The translations under genes and the position numbers were made by a program. Below, piece after piece: positions 1-9,231 of a stretch of DNA of 39,851 nucleotides. Numbering within the stretch: position 1 is the stretch's first letter; every line of letters starts with the position of its first letter. Under the pieces are notes generated by a model that was given only the letters and a program-made list of their open reading frames with translations, did no database searches and was not told the DNA's origin. The DNA is from a virus (lineage: Duplodnaviria; Heunggongvirae; Uroviricota; Caudoviricetes). The stretch lies in IMG/VR virus record IMGVR_UViG_2574180019_000010, positions 1-39,851 of that record. One strand, given 5' to 3'.

Positions 1-588
1 GCTTAATAATTCGCGACCACCATCTGCACCTCGCCCGTCATCCCAGATACGAATGAAATCACCGCGGGCTTCAGGTAATACCAGCGAAGGAAACACTTTC
101 GCCAGCACAGGGTAATCAGAGGCAGAAAATTTCGCCCCGTTGAACTTCAAAAACACCATACCGGACCAGCTGTCGATTACAGTATTTGGCATTGCCGCGG
201 AGGGCCAGAAGAACGGAACGCCAATAGTTGGAGCACCTTCTCCCAAACCAAGGTTTTCGAGAGCCGTTTTCACCGTGCCATCCGATTTGATATCACCAAA
301 CGGATTCTTGCGGCTCAGGTATTCAACAGCAAACCCCGATCCCAGCAATTCAACAAAACCGGGCAGATCACCATTATCAAGCACATCCCGTTGCGTTTTA
401 TCACTTACAAACTGGGCCAGAGCTGCAGCAATAAAGCTGGCCTGCCGAATAACCTTATTGACTTGCGCACTGGAGGCTTTCCCTGCTGTAAATCCAGATA
501 AAAGCGCGGGCAACGCTTCCCATTCCTCCTGCGATATAACATTGGCATTTCGATCCGTTGCAAACGCTTTAAAGTCATTTTTCGCCAT
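1..588 (-). CDS. Tail fiber protein, N-terminal 196 codons; gene continues past the window edge
   Basis: ATG at 588-586 overlaps the TGA of the upstream gene (ATGA); frame is open to position 1; translation [23 protein letters not shown]...[21 protein letters not shown] has a tail-collar-like segment; absent from the ORF track because it is truncated. Confidence 0.6.
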   Translation of the reverse strand, partial: MAKNDFKAFATDRNANVISQEEWEALPALLSGFTAGKASSAQVNKVIRQASFIAAALAQFVSDKTQRDVLDNGDLPGFVELLGSGFAVEYLSRKNPFGDIKSDGTVKTALENLGLGEGAPTIGVPFFWPSAAMPNTVIDSWSGMVFLKFNGAKFSASDYPVLAKVFPSLVLPEARGDFIRIWDDGRGADGGRELLS

Positions 589-1268
589 CAGAGTAATACT
601 CCCCATGCTCCTACATCAAAACCACTGATGAATTCGTTATCCATATCAAAACCAAAAAATTTTGAGCCTTCCGATGGGGTTTCCACCGAAGGTGTTTCAA
701 TGCCACCCGCCCATACCCCGGCGGCTTTTACTGTGAGATACCCCTGTTTAATTGCCGCAATTAACTCACGCGATACATCTGAAATATCAGTATCAGGAAA
801 GACCCAGACCGATATCGTCATGTCCTGGTTATCGACTATCTGCATTCGCAGTCCGGATCCTGCTGTTGCCGCGTCAAGAATTGCCGGAAGCGAATCATTC
901 CGTCCGTCCCAGTTATTAATCGCAATCTTCGCTTTAAGGATGACACGATAAGTTTCATCGCTGAGGTACATGTATCCGGAATCAGGATCGTATGGCCCCT
1001 GCCATACACCCTGATCATATCCAAGCCCGTCGGTATCCCAGCTGAAATAGACACCTGAAATAGGCTGGCTGACAACACGGCTACGTCCGATCCACAATCC
1101 CAGAATGTCAAGTTGCACACCAACCGCAGAGTCAATATCAAATGCAGTAATCAGCCCTCTGGTGGCAGCCGCAACATCAATAAGCGGCCGGGTCATCAGA
1201 TCAACATGTGCAAGAAATTTAGGTTTGGTGGCGTGGTAGTTCGTGATTAGTTCGGTGTATTTGCTCAT
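588..1268 (-). CDS. Baseplate/tail protein, P2 gpI-like
   Basis: 226 aa; follows the J-like gene with a 4-nt overlap; position in a P2/Mu-type baseplate module. Confidence 0.55.
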   Translation of the reverse strand: MSKYTELITNYHATKPKFLAHVDLMTRPLIDVAAATRGLITAFDIDSAVGVQLDILGLWIGRSRVVSQPISGVYFSWDTDGLGYDQGVWQGPYDPDSGYMYLSDETYRVILKAKIAINNWDGRNDSLPAILDAATAGSGLRMQIVDNQDMTISVWVFPDTDISDVSRELIAAIKQGYLTVKAAGVWAGGIETPSVETPSEGSKFFGFDMDNEFISGFDVGAWGVLL

Positions 1269-2464
1269 GACTCCACCGTTATAACGATATTTTCCGGGGT
1301 ACAGGACGCAGATTCGTTATATCTGATATCAATGTTTGATGACGACAAAGCCCCCGGGGATTTCCCAATCGTCAGTTCCTGAATATCGTAATAGCGTGCA
1401 TTCCCGCCACTCACCACGCCAAGATTCGCCGGTGAGTAAATGCGACTTAAAAGGACCGAATTACCAATCATCAGACTATTGATATAGTCGGAAATAGCCT
1501 GCTGGATCTGCTGCCCTATCTGTGAGGTATAACCCGTAAAAACTTTTAATTTAATCCGGGCATAAACAGGCACATCACTGGAACGCGAGAATTTGATTAC
1601 ATGGGGATTGCCGTATTTATCCGGAACCGTAACGGATGTTGTACCGTGAGTGGCTGTCCCCTGACCTTTATTCCCTCTGATAGCCTGAGCAATATCCGTC
1701 ACATCACCGCCATCCACAATTACAGCAACAGAGTGTGGTGGTAACCCGTTACCGTCCTCCGAACCAGTATCGTTTTCATAGAGTTTGTGGCGGGTTACAC
1801 CGGTAACATTAGAAACAGCACCATCCAGTGCTTCAAATGGGGTTATTGATGGCAATGCAACACTTTGCGACTGGCGGATACGTAACTCCGCATCAGTTTC
1901 TGCCGGAGTGCCCACAGTAGCCGCAGCAGGATTGGTTACCGAAACCCAGCCACGGGTTGGCGTATTAATTTCAGTGATAGTTCCATCCAGCGCCGCCACT
2001 GCACCACTGACAGAACATGTTGCGGTCGCCATCACTGTACCATCCACGCCGACCACCACTGAAGCAGGCAAACGCCATATCACATTATTACTGTCTTTCA
2101 CGCTGCCATTAATGATGGTTGTTCCGGCAGTTCCTGTAAGAAGCAAATCAACCGTAGAGTTCGTCGCACCTTTACGTGAAATACCATTTATTTTCACGTT
2201 GCTGGTCAGTGCAGCCCCATAGCCGGTTGCCGGTGAAAAACAGTTGTAGACAGTTATCGCCATATTATTGGCATCATGAATCGCCAGCGCTATCAGAGCC
2301 ACCATCTGGCCGTCTTTGCTGTCCGGTTCGAGGTAGGCATCACTGCCATAAATCTGCTGAAAATAGCTAATCAGGGTGCTGAGTATCGTCTGATAATCAG
2401 GCGCACTGATCCCCTCTGCGGTTACCTTTGCAGATAAACCAAGAGAATCAAGGTTCAGAGCCAT
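1265..2464 (-). CDS. Baseplate protein J-like (gpJ/gp47 family)
   Basis: 399 aa; size and position between W-like and I-like genes. Confidence 0.6.
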   Translation of the reverse strand: MALNLDSLGLSAKVTAEGISAPDYQTILSTLISYFQQIYGSDAYLEPDSKDGQMVALIALAIHDANNMAITVYNCFSPATGYGAALTSNVKINGISRKGATNSTVDLLLTGTAGTTIINGSVKDSNNVIWRLPASVVVGVDGTVMATATCSVSGAVAALDGTITEINTPTRGWVSVTNPAAATVGTPAETDAELRIRQSQSVALPSITPFEALDGAVSNVTGVTRHKLYENDTGSEDGNGLPPHSVAVIVDGGDVTDIAQAIRGNKGQGTATHGTTSVTVPDKYGNPHVIKFSRSSDVPVYARIKLKVFTGYTSQIGQQIQQAISDYINSLMIGNSVLLSRIYSPANLGVVSGGNARYYDIQELTIGKSPGALSSSNIDIRYNESASCTPENIVITVES

Positions 2465-2817
2465 TACGCCTCCGATGTAACAGTCGTTATTCCATAAAGA
2501 GTGTCGATTTCAGCGGAAAACATGACACGTCGGGTCGTGGTATCCACCGTCGTATTGAAAGAGAGGATTGATTTAACGCCCCGCGTTTCGAGGATGCGCT
2601 TACGGATCGCCAGGTTGTAGGTTTCCAGCTTCTGCTTACCGAGTACGGACTGGATCCACGGAGTCCCCTCAGTGGTGTCGAGAAACCATTGCCCATACCA
2701 CAATTCGAATCGCGTTTTTACCGCCTGCGCCACGGCCTCCGGTGAGTTAATCAGCCAGGTGTCATCACCGCTGCCAAAGGTGTAATCGCCAACGGAGTCT
2801 TCACGTCTGTATCGCAT
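2464..2817 (-). CDS. Small baseplate protein, gpW/GP46-like
   Basis: 117 aa; start overlaps the stop of the spike gene. Confidence 0.5.
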   Translation of the reverse strand: MRYRREDSVGDYTFGSGDDTWLINSPEAVAQAVKTRFELWYGQWFLDTTEGTPWIQSVLGKQKLETYNLAIRKRILETRGVKSILSFNTTVDTTTRRVMFSAEIDTLYGITTVTSEA

Positions 2818-3572
2818 CAGTTAGGCGCTCCTGTGTTACCGCCGCCGGTCTGTACTCCGCCGTGCGTGTGCGTCATCAGGCTCTTACCACCAGCTTTTAC
2901 ATCGTTAGTCACCGTGACAGGGCCAAGCATCGTCGCGGTGCCGCCGCTTTCGCCCATCCCCTGAGAAAGATTCCCGTTTATTGTCACGTTGCCGTTTAGC
3001 GTGATGGTGGGTGATGTGATCGTGGTTCCTCCTTCTGCTGTCGCCGTCAGCGCGCCGGGGGTTTGAACCGTGATGTTATGGCCTGCGGCCACTTCCACAA
3101 ACGCAGCGCCATCATCAGTACGCAGTTGCGCGGCGCTGGTGCTGATTCCGCTGATTTTCTGCGCCTGCGACTGGGGACCTACAATACAAAACGCATCCGA
3201 TAAATCATGCATTCTGTCATCAACAGGCTCCTGTATTCCGCCGTTCTGCCACCAGAAATCAATACAACGATCGGCAAAAATCACCAAACATTCATCACCG
3301 GCTTTAACTGGAAACGTTAGCGTACAGCCTCCGCCACGCGGGAATACCACTGGCACATCCACCAGCAATGGGTAATTTTTGGTAATGCGGTTGCCGTCGT
3401 TATCAATTTCAACGTAACGGATAGCAGGCTGTACAACCGCCGTCACCGCATCAGGAGCGAATGACTGAACAATGCCAGGCAAGGCGACACGGATCTGGTT
3501 CTTTGTTGTTTCCCGTTCAGATTTAAATGTTTCGGCAAGGTCGCCGCTGCGGGTCTGGTCAGATACTGCCAT
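2817..3572 (-). CDS. Baseplate spike, gpV-like
   Basis: 251 aa; Gly-rich C-terminus with HTHGG motif as in spike apex; GGAG SD upstream. Confidence 0.6.
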   Translation of the reverse strand: MAVSDQTRSGDLAETFKSERETTKNQIRVALPGIVQSFAPDAVTAVVQPAIRYVEIDNDGNRITKNYPLLVDVPVVFPRGGGCTLTFPVKAGDECLVIFADRCIDFWWQNGGIQEPVDDRMHDLSDAFCIVGPQSQAQKISGISTSAAQLRTDDGAAFVEVAAGHNITVQTPGALTATAEGGTTITSPTITLNGNVTINGNLSQGMGESGGTATMLGPVTVTNDVKAGGKSLMTHTHGGVQTGGGNTGAPN

Positions 3573-3589
3573 TTAGTAGGCTCCAGAAA

Positions 3590-3620
3590 GCAAAAAACCC
3601 GCCAAGTGGCGGGTTTGAAT
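3590..3620 (-). terminator. Rho-independent terminator ending the inserted two-gene cassette
   Basis: Stem AAACCCGCC / GGCGGGTTT (3595-3603 and 3608-3616), 4-nt loop, T-run on the minus strand, 20 nt after the 3637 stop. Confidence 0.65.
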
Positions 3621-3636
3621 TTTGAGAAATTTCAGC

Positions 3637-4065
3637 TTATGCAGTTAACGAGTCATCACCAATCTTCAGTAATTGATTAACGATTGCATCGACCTCTTCC
3701 GCATCCAGAATTACACTTCTCGCGGTAATCCGGTTGATTTTCCGCTCAAGCTTGTAATCAGAATTAACACGTTGGGCATGCGTCATTTTCAGTTTAACGC
3801 CGATTTTCTTTACTGCGTTAACATCAACATCGTTAAGTGCAGCTGCCTCACCACTACAAAAGGCCGTATAGACTCGCATGTGAACTCCACCTTTTAGTTT
3901 TTCACCATCTTGTGTAGCGGTCGGTACCAGATTGTTGGTGATCCGTAAGGCGGAATGGTACATACCATAGTATGCTCGGCTAATAGCATTTCTCGTCCAC
4001 ATCTCACCGTTTAGAGCCAGGGAATGCTTAGCCAATTCAAGAAAACAGGTATGCTCAACCGACAT
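3637..4065 (-). CDS. Cassette gene 2: 142-aa protein of unknown function, possible HEPN-like fold
   Basis: TAATG stop/start overlap with the upstream gene; segment RNAISRAYYGMYHSALRI resembles a HEPN helix (Rx6H); GC about 40% against about 55% in flanking tail genes. Confidence 0.45.
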   Translation of the reverse strand: MSVEHTCFLELAKHSLALNGEMWTRNAISRAYYGMYHSALRITNNLVPTATQDGEKLKGGVHMRVYTAFCSGEAAALNDVDVNAVKKIGVKLKMTHAQRVNSDYKLERKINRITARSVILDAEEVDAIVNQLLKIGDDSLTA

Positions 4066-4796
4066 TAGAGTTCCCCGGCTTCAAAGCATCCGACGCATTC
4101 TGAATCCGCAAGCCCCGCAATAATAATCTCATCAGCCAAGGCATTATTCATCTGCGAAAGAAGCACTGGATCGTCTGTTTTGACTTCAACGAACAGCGTA
4201 TCAAGTTCTGACATTACATAAAAAGCATGAGCGCCAGCAAGACGAGCGCGGTACTTTTCTGCAACGTTCATCATGAGCCGCCCAATAGTTTTTAGCTCCT
4301 GAGCATGATCTTTTTGGGTATGCAGATAATTGAGCGTGTCATACCATTTGCCCATATCTTCAGGGCGCGGTACTTCCATTGCAGTTAGCATCGGCATCAC
4401 CTTTTCAAGCAAATCGATATCAACCCAGTATGCAGAAATTGTAGCAACCTCAGCCAATATCGTTGGATTAAGTGAATCAGATGCTTTCTGAATCATCACA
4501 TACTGGCGAGCATGCAAACCTAAGTTACGCAGCGCAATCGTATAGTTACAAAAAGAAACTGGATCGTTAGGCGCTATTCTCAACCCCCGCTCACAGAGTG
4601 AACATCCTTCATCTATTTCACCAAGAACAAGCTTAGCTAAGCCTTCAATTGATAGCCCCTGATAACGTTCAGGTAGTTTCTTCGCTTCACGAATGATTCG
4701 ATGGATTTCAAACTCACTCAGAAGGTTTTCACCCTTAGTTAATGAAGGAGTCAGAAGATCTAACAGTTCTCCTGATTTTGGCTGCGCTAAACTCAT
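4065..4796 (-). CDS. Cassette gene 1: 243-aa predicted alpha-helical protein of unknown function
   Basis: ORF with ATG start; lower GC than flanks; coupled to the 142-aa gene. Confidence 0.4.
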   Translation of the reverse strand: MSLAQPKSGELLDLLTPSLTKGENLLSEFEIHRIIREAKKLPERYQGLSIEGLAKLVLGEIDEGCSLCERGLRIAPNDPVSFCNYTIALRNLGLHARQYVMIQKASDSLNPTILAEVATISAYWVDIDLLEKVMPMLTAMEVPRPEDMGKWYDTLNYLHTQKDHAQELKTIGRLMMNVAEKYRARLAGAHAFYVMSELDTLFVEVKTDDPVLLSQMNNALADEIIIAGLADSECVGCFEAGEL

Positions 4797-4945
4797 GTTT
4801 TAGTTATTCCTGGCTTTAATGAAGTAGCATATCGATGGCAATCCACCATCAAAAAGTCAGTGCAGTGTAATCGCTCGTCTCAAAAAACAACAGTTTTTAG
4901 AGCACATTTTGTTGTTTTTCAGGCGTTACGAATTTCAGGTTACCT

Positions 4946-5287
4946 TCACCCAGCCACTTTTTTACAAGGGAAAGATCCGATGATTTTCGGCGCATCCATG
5001 CTGTTCTGCAGAAGCTGGACATTCAGGAATCGCGTTTCGGTACCAGGGCGACGAATGTATTCAAAGCCGTAGTTGTTACCGTCTTTGGCAGGCATTAGCC
5101 CCATATCAATCTTAATGCCATCAGCACCAAGATTTGTAATTTTCTGAGATGTGACGCGTTCACCGTTAATCATGTCCATTTCCCCCAACCTTGCAGTGAT
5201 GGTGTAAGGTCCACAATAAGCGGTGTAACCGCTTGCAGATGCCCCAAATGACATAAAGGCAACAATTAAAATGGCTAAGGCTTTCAC
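4946..5287 (-). CDS. Small secreted/periplasmic protein, possible moron
   Basis: 113 aa; GTG start with GGGAG SD; signal peptide MKALAILIVAFMSFGASASG; two Cys. Confidence 0.45.
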   Translation of the reverse strand: MKALAILIVAFMSFGASASGYTAYCGPYTITARLGEMDMINGERVTSQKITNLGADGIKIDMGLMPAKDGNNYGFEYIRRPGTETRFLNVQLLQNSMDAPKIIGSFPCKKVAG

Positions 5288-5289
5288 AT

Positions 5290-6351
5290 TTACTCCCGGT
5301 TAAGCGAGCCCTGAGTGCGGAGATCCGCCGCGCCACGCGCTTCGCACATCATATCCATGTACCACGCCAGGCCCCTTGTATCGCCAGTGTACATAATCCC
5401 GCGCACAATATAAACGCCATCCGTTGCGATGCTGGCAGGCTGCGATGTGGTGCCGCTTAGCGTGATATTTCCATCCGTGTTCTGGTCGGTGATCTGACCA
5501 CCAGCCATCGCAATATCGTTGTTCGACAAGGCGGTACGATACACGGAAGCCTGATCCAGCTGAATGAGTCCGTTAACCCGGATGTTCGGATTAATAAGCG
5601 CGCGGACGTTTACGCCGTTACCGATAGTCTGCTGCGGCATGCCAATAAGCCCGGTAGCGCTGTTGAGCACAATCGCTTCATGAACATATTCGTTATTCGC
5701 CACCATCTGGCGTTGACCGTCCACGAATTGCCATGTTGCGCCACATTGTCCGGCCACGTTATCCATAAGATGCCGTGTCATGCCGAACAGCACCCGCCCC
5801 CGGGGGAATACAGTAGCAGGCATTTCAGGCGTCAGGCCTTCGGTCGCACCTTTGGCTTCGAAGTCTTTCATCAGCGCACGGTTCACATCAGCGACCGTGT
5901 AACCGGCAGCCAGCGTCTGTGAGGTTATACTGGTGGCAAAAGCCAGATCAGTATCTGCTGCCTGAATCAGGACGTAGGAATCAACCGGACTGTCTTTTCC
6001 TGTGACCGAGTAGCGAATTTCACCGCTGAAAATCAGTCCGTAGTTGCGGCCATCTCTCTGGCCCACGTCCGCCGCGTCAACTTCCCGCACGGTCCCTACG
6101 TCGCTTGCTGACACCTCCGGCGCGATACCGTCGTAACCGGCAATCAGACGCACTTTCGAAAATTCCTGCCCGGTGATTCGGTTCACAGTATCTGCCGAGA
6201 GGTTATAAATTTTGATAGTCCCTACCCGGGACGCGCTGCTGATGTTGAACCAGTCGATCGTAAAGGTGACTTTGAAATCACTTAGCTCAATTCCCTGACC
6301 GTTCCCGTCCACAAGCTGCAGCTCGAAATGTCTCATCCAGTTCTGTGACAT
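5290..6351 (-). CDS. Tail/baseplate hub-like protein
   Basis: 353 aa; position downstream of tape measure and small tail proteins. Confidence 0.45.
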   Translation of the reverse strand: MSQNWMRHFELQLVDGNGQGIELSDFKVTFTIDWFNISSASRVGTIKIYNLSADTVNRITGQEFSKVRLIAGYDGIAPEVSASDVGTVREVDAADVGQRDGRNYGLIFSGEIRYSVTGKDSPVDSYVLIQAADTDLAFATSITSQTLAAGYTVADVNRALMKDFEAKGATEGLTPEMPATVFPRGRVLFGMTRHLMDNVAGQCGATWQFVDGQRQMVANNEYVHEAIVLNSATGLIGMPQQTIGNGVNVRALINPNIRVNGLIQLDQASVYRTALSNNDIAMAGGQITDQNTDGNITLSGTTSQPASIATDGVYIVRGIMYTGDTRGLAWYMDMMCEARGAADLRTQGSLNRE

Positions 6352-6353
6352 GC

Positions 6354-6656
6354 TTACTCCGTTGATACCAGTAAATGACTGAGGCCGCCCAGATCAGTTT
6401 TCGTGGGATAATCCTGTGTGTTGTCATCGCAGACCACCACCAGCTTAAAACCAAGTCCCATACAGGCGTACTGCGCCAGCAGGTCAGCACCAGTGACGAG
6501 AGGAATACCGGAGATTACCGGCTCCCCTCTGTCGTTCTGCAGGTCCATAATCCAGTACAGATCGCGCCATATGATGCTAATCCGCCAGGTAACACCACCC
6601 AGGACGATGCTGAACTGCTGGTTGTCCGCTGTCAGCGGAATTTCCTGAATTGTCAT
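6354..6656 (-). CDS. Small tail protein
   Basis: 100 aa; tightly packed in the tail operon. Confidence 0.4.
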   Translation of the reverse strand: MTIQEIPLTADNQQFSIVLGGVTWRISIIWRDLYWIMDLQNDRGEPVISGIPLVTGADLLAQYACMGLGFKLVVVCDDNTQDYPTKTDLGGLSHLLVSTE

Positions 6657-7243
6657 TAGCCGCCCCCCAGTAATGACGCCACGTTACCCGTGATGCTTTT
6701 CAGCAGTGAAGTATCTGGAGGCTTGGTGGTTTTGTTGCCGCTGTTCTGTACCGCCGACGTGCTGGCCCCTTCCTTCATGTTGGTTTTATCCGCGACGGTA
6801 ATCTGCTGCGTCCGGGAGATAAGGACCTCCCTCAGGGTGAGGACGGCGGACAGGACGTTTTCGGTTGTCTTGTCCGTCGTCACTTCCAGCGCCCGGATCA
6901 ACATGTTGCTGTACAGTCGTTTACCGGTTACCACATCGAAGGGGATACGGCTTTCCTGCAGATCCAGTAGCTCCTGATACGTCTGCTGAGGACTCAGGCC
7001 GAGCAGGCTGGTAGCCGTCAGATTACTGGCAAAATCCAGCAATGCGCCGCCACCGGCGAAACCAACCTCCATCACCACTTCTGACGGTTTTTTATAGGCA
7101 TGATCAGCGACAGCGGCCCCAACCTCTACCGGATGCTCGGTTATTTCAAGCATATCTGTATGCTTCTCTGAAATAACAACACAGGGAACAATCATTCCTA
7201 TTTTTCTGCTCTGCTGATGAAAAAGTGTAGAGAGAATATCCAC
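6656..7243 (-). CDS. Tail protein
   Basis: 195 aa; start overlaps the tape measure stop. Confidence 0.4.
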   Translation of the reverse strand: MDILSTLFHQQSRKIGMIVPCVVISEKHTDMLEITEHPVEVGAAVADHAYKKPSEVVMEVGFAGGGALLDFASNLTATSLLGLSPQQTYQELLDLQESRIPFDVVTGKRLYSNMLIRALEVTTDKTTENVLSAVLTLREVLISRTQQITVADKTNMKEGASTSAVQNSGNKTTKPPDTSLLKSITGNVASLLGGG

Positions 7244-9231
7244 TAACCCACCCTCACCTGATTACTTCGCATGACCTGAGCATTTGCAGACTGTTGCCGA
7301 CGTGCAACCTCATTACCGACAGCGTGCGGATCTCCACCACCGTAAATGTGGTAGGTATTTTGCTGGTTAACCTCTGTCATTTTGCCACTAATTCCCGCCA
7401 CGGCAGCCTTATTAATCAGCTCTCGAGAATAGATATTTCTTCCATTCTCATGCTGGATAATGCTGCTCATCAATGCTGACATGGTTTGCGGATCGCTCAT
7501 ATTCAGGGCAGCCCGGGGATCCACTCCCAGTCGTTGCGATACAGCCCTGATATACGCAGTTGTGTTGTTATTATCAGACGCAGGTGCCCAAGTAGAGATA
7601 ATTTTCTCCACACTGTTTATTCCCCGTCCGGCGTACAGCATTAACTGACGAGCAAGAGCCCGTAATCCATCAAAAGCAGTTTCAAATCTGGCAAATCGCC
7701 CGCCCGGGCGTTCAAGAGAAGCCCCTGCCTGACCAGCAAAATTAAGGTTTCCCGGATTGTTATTCCGTTCTCCTCGTTTCGTAGCCTGTGCATATTGTTC
7801 CGGCTCATCATCACCAAACCAGCCGCGTACCGTCCGGCCCACACTGCGGGGATCGAATCCCCAGTGCTCTTTAATCCAGTCGGCAGTACTGTTAGCGCTG
7901 TCTGTAACCATCGGCATCGCTGACGGATTTTCGCTGCCCTGATTAAGTATCTGTTTGCCGATGATGACGGCATCAGCCCAGCGGCCATCTTTGATAGCGT
8001 TGAGCAGGTCGGCGATCATGTTCAGCATTTTGCTGAATTCGCCCATCTGGTCGATGAAGTTGCTGAAATCCCACTTCAGGGACCATGATTTTGGGTCAAT
8101 ATTGAGCAGTTTCGCCAGCACTTTCGCCAGTTCATTAACAGACCCTTTCAGGTCACGAACCATCTTCAGCGCGGCATCGACCTCCGGCTTCCACTTGCCC
8201 CAGTCAATCAGGCTGTCGCCGCCTTCCTTCCAGGTCTGATAGTCCTCCCACAGAAGGGCAATCCCCGCCGCCAGCGCGGTAATGAGACCAATCGGCGACA
8301 TCCAGAACGTACTGTTCAGAATGCGCAGCGCAATCGTCAGCGCGCCAAACAGCGAGATGAGCTCCCGCGTTTGCTTATCCAGCGATTGCCACCAGGTGAT
8401 AAGGCTGGATGTTCCCTCAATTAGCCTGAAGAACAGCCGCCCGATGATGTCTCCGATCGCCAGAATGCCTTTTATGGCTTTCGTCAGGGTCTGCTCGATA
8501 CGAGGGAAGTTGTCCAGGATATGGCGGCGCAGGGTGTCCAGCGAACCCGCAAGCCCACCCGCAAGATTAGAGCCGATTTTGTCACGGGCCATGCCTGCCA
8601 TCGCGCCGAACTCGCGCAGGGAGGTCATGAATTTGTTGGAGCTTCTGGCCGCCTCGTCAGCATTGAAGCCGATAGCTTTCGCCATTGCGCTGTACTGCCC
8701 GGAGAACCCCCCCACACCCCGGCGCATCGCCATAAGGGTATTTTCGTCAATGCCCAGCATCTGCGCATACTGGTTAGCCCGGTAATACGGTATGCTGCTG
8801 AGCTTCTGGCCGACGCCCGTAAAGATAGCGGCCATGTCGCGCATGTTACCGCTGGCGTCACGGGTCTGTACCCCCAGACGATTCAGAAATCCCTCCGCCC
8901 CGGGATTATTACGAATAAACCGGGAGAGGTTTTCCAGAGAAGATCGCGCAGCGTCCACGCTGCCGCCAACCTGCGAAACCGCATAGCCAATAGACTGAAT
9001 TCCCTGGACTGTCGCGCCGGTGCGCTGTGACGCCCAGTAAAGATTATCCAGACCGGAGGCGATCTTAGCCGTGAAGGCCACCACGGACAGCGCGGCTCCT
9101 TCAACGGCCAGCCCCATTTTGATGACATTTGCAGTTGTACCGGCGAGGACAGAACCGAACTTTTTCGCTCCTGCATCATCCACACTGAAGCCAAGCGAGA
9201 CGAGGAAATCTTTAATAGTTTCAGCGTTCAT
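7243..9231 (-). CDS. Tail tape measure protein
   Basis: 662 aa from ATG 9231 with SD GGAGAGAGGAT; Gly/Ala-rich; follows the chaperone frameshift pair. Confidence 0.7.
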   Translation of the reverse strand: MNAETIKDFLVSLGFSVDDAGAKKFGSVLAGTTANVIKMGLAVEGAALSVVAFTAKIASGLDNLYWASQRTGATVQGIQSIGYAVSQVGGSVDAARSSLENLSRFIRNNPGAEGFLNRLGVQTRDASGNMRDMAAIFTGVGQKLSSIPYYRANQYAQMLGIDENTLMAMRRGVGGFSGQYSAMAKAIGFNADEAARSSNKFMTSLREFGAMAGMARDKIGSNLAGGLAGSLDTLRRHILDNFPRIEQTLTKAIKGILAIGDIIGRLFFRLIEGTSSLITWWQSLDKQTRELISLFGALTIALRILNSTFWMSPIGLITALAAGIALLWEDYQTWKEGGDSLIDWGKWKPEVDAALKMVRDLKGSVNELAKVLAKLLNIDPKSWSLKWDFSNFIDQMGEFSKMLNMIADLLNAIKDGRWADAVIIGKQILNQGSENPSAMPMVTDSANSTADWIKEHWGFDPRSVGRTVRGWFGDDEPEQYAQATKRGERNNNPGNLNFAGQAGASLERPGGRFARFETAFDGLRALARQLMLYAGRGINSVEKIISTWAPASDNNNTTAYIRAVSQRLGVDPRAALNMSDPQTMSALMSSIIQHENGRNIYSRELINKAAVAGISGKMTEVNQQNTYHIYGGGDPHAVGNEVARRQQSANAQVMRSNQVRVG

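Noticed and set aside
140-628. Plus-strand 162-aa ORF at the left edge
   Set aside because: TTG start and antisense to the well-supported minus-strand tail fiber frame; shadow ORF.
4873-4912. AT-rich inverted repeat AAAAACAACA ... TGTTGTTTTT between the secreted-protein gene and the cassette
   Set aside because: Only two GC pairs and a 17-nt loop; too weak to call a terminator, so it is mentioned only as part of the cassette upstream region.
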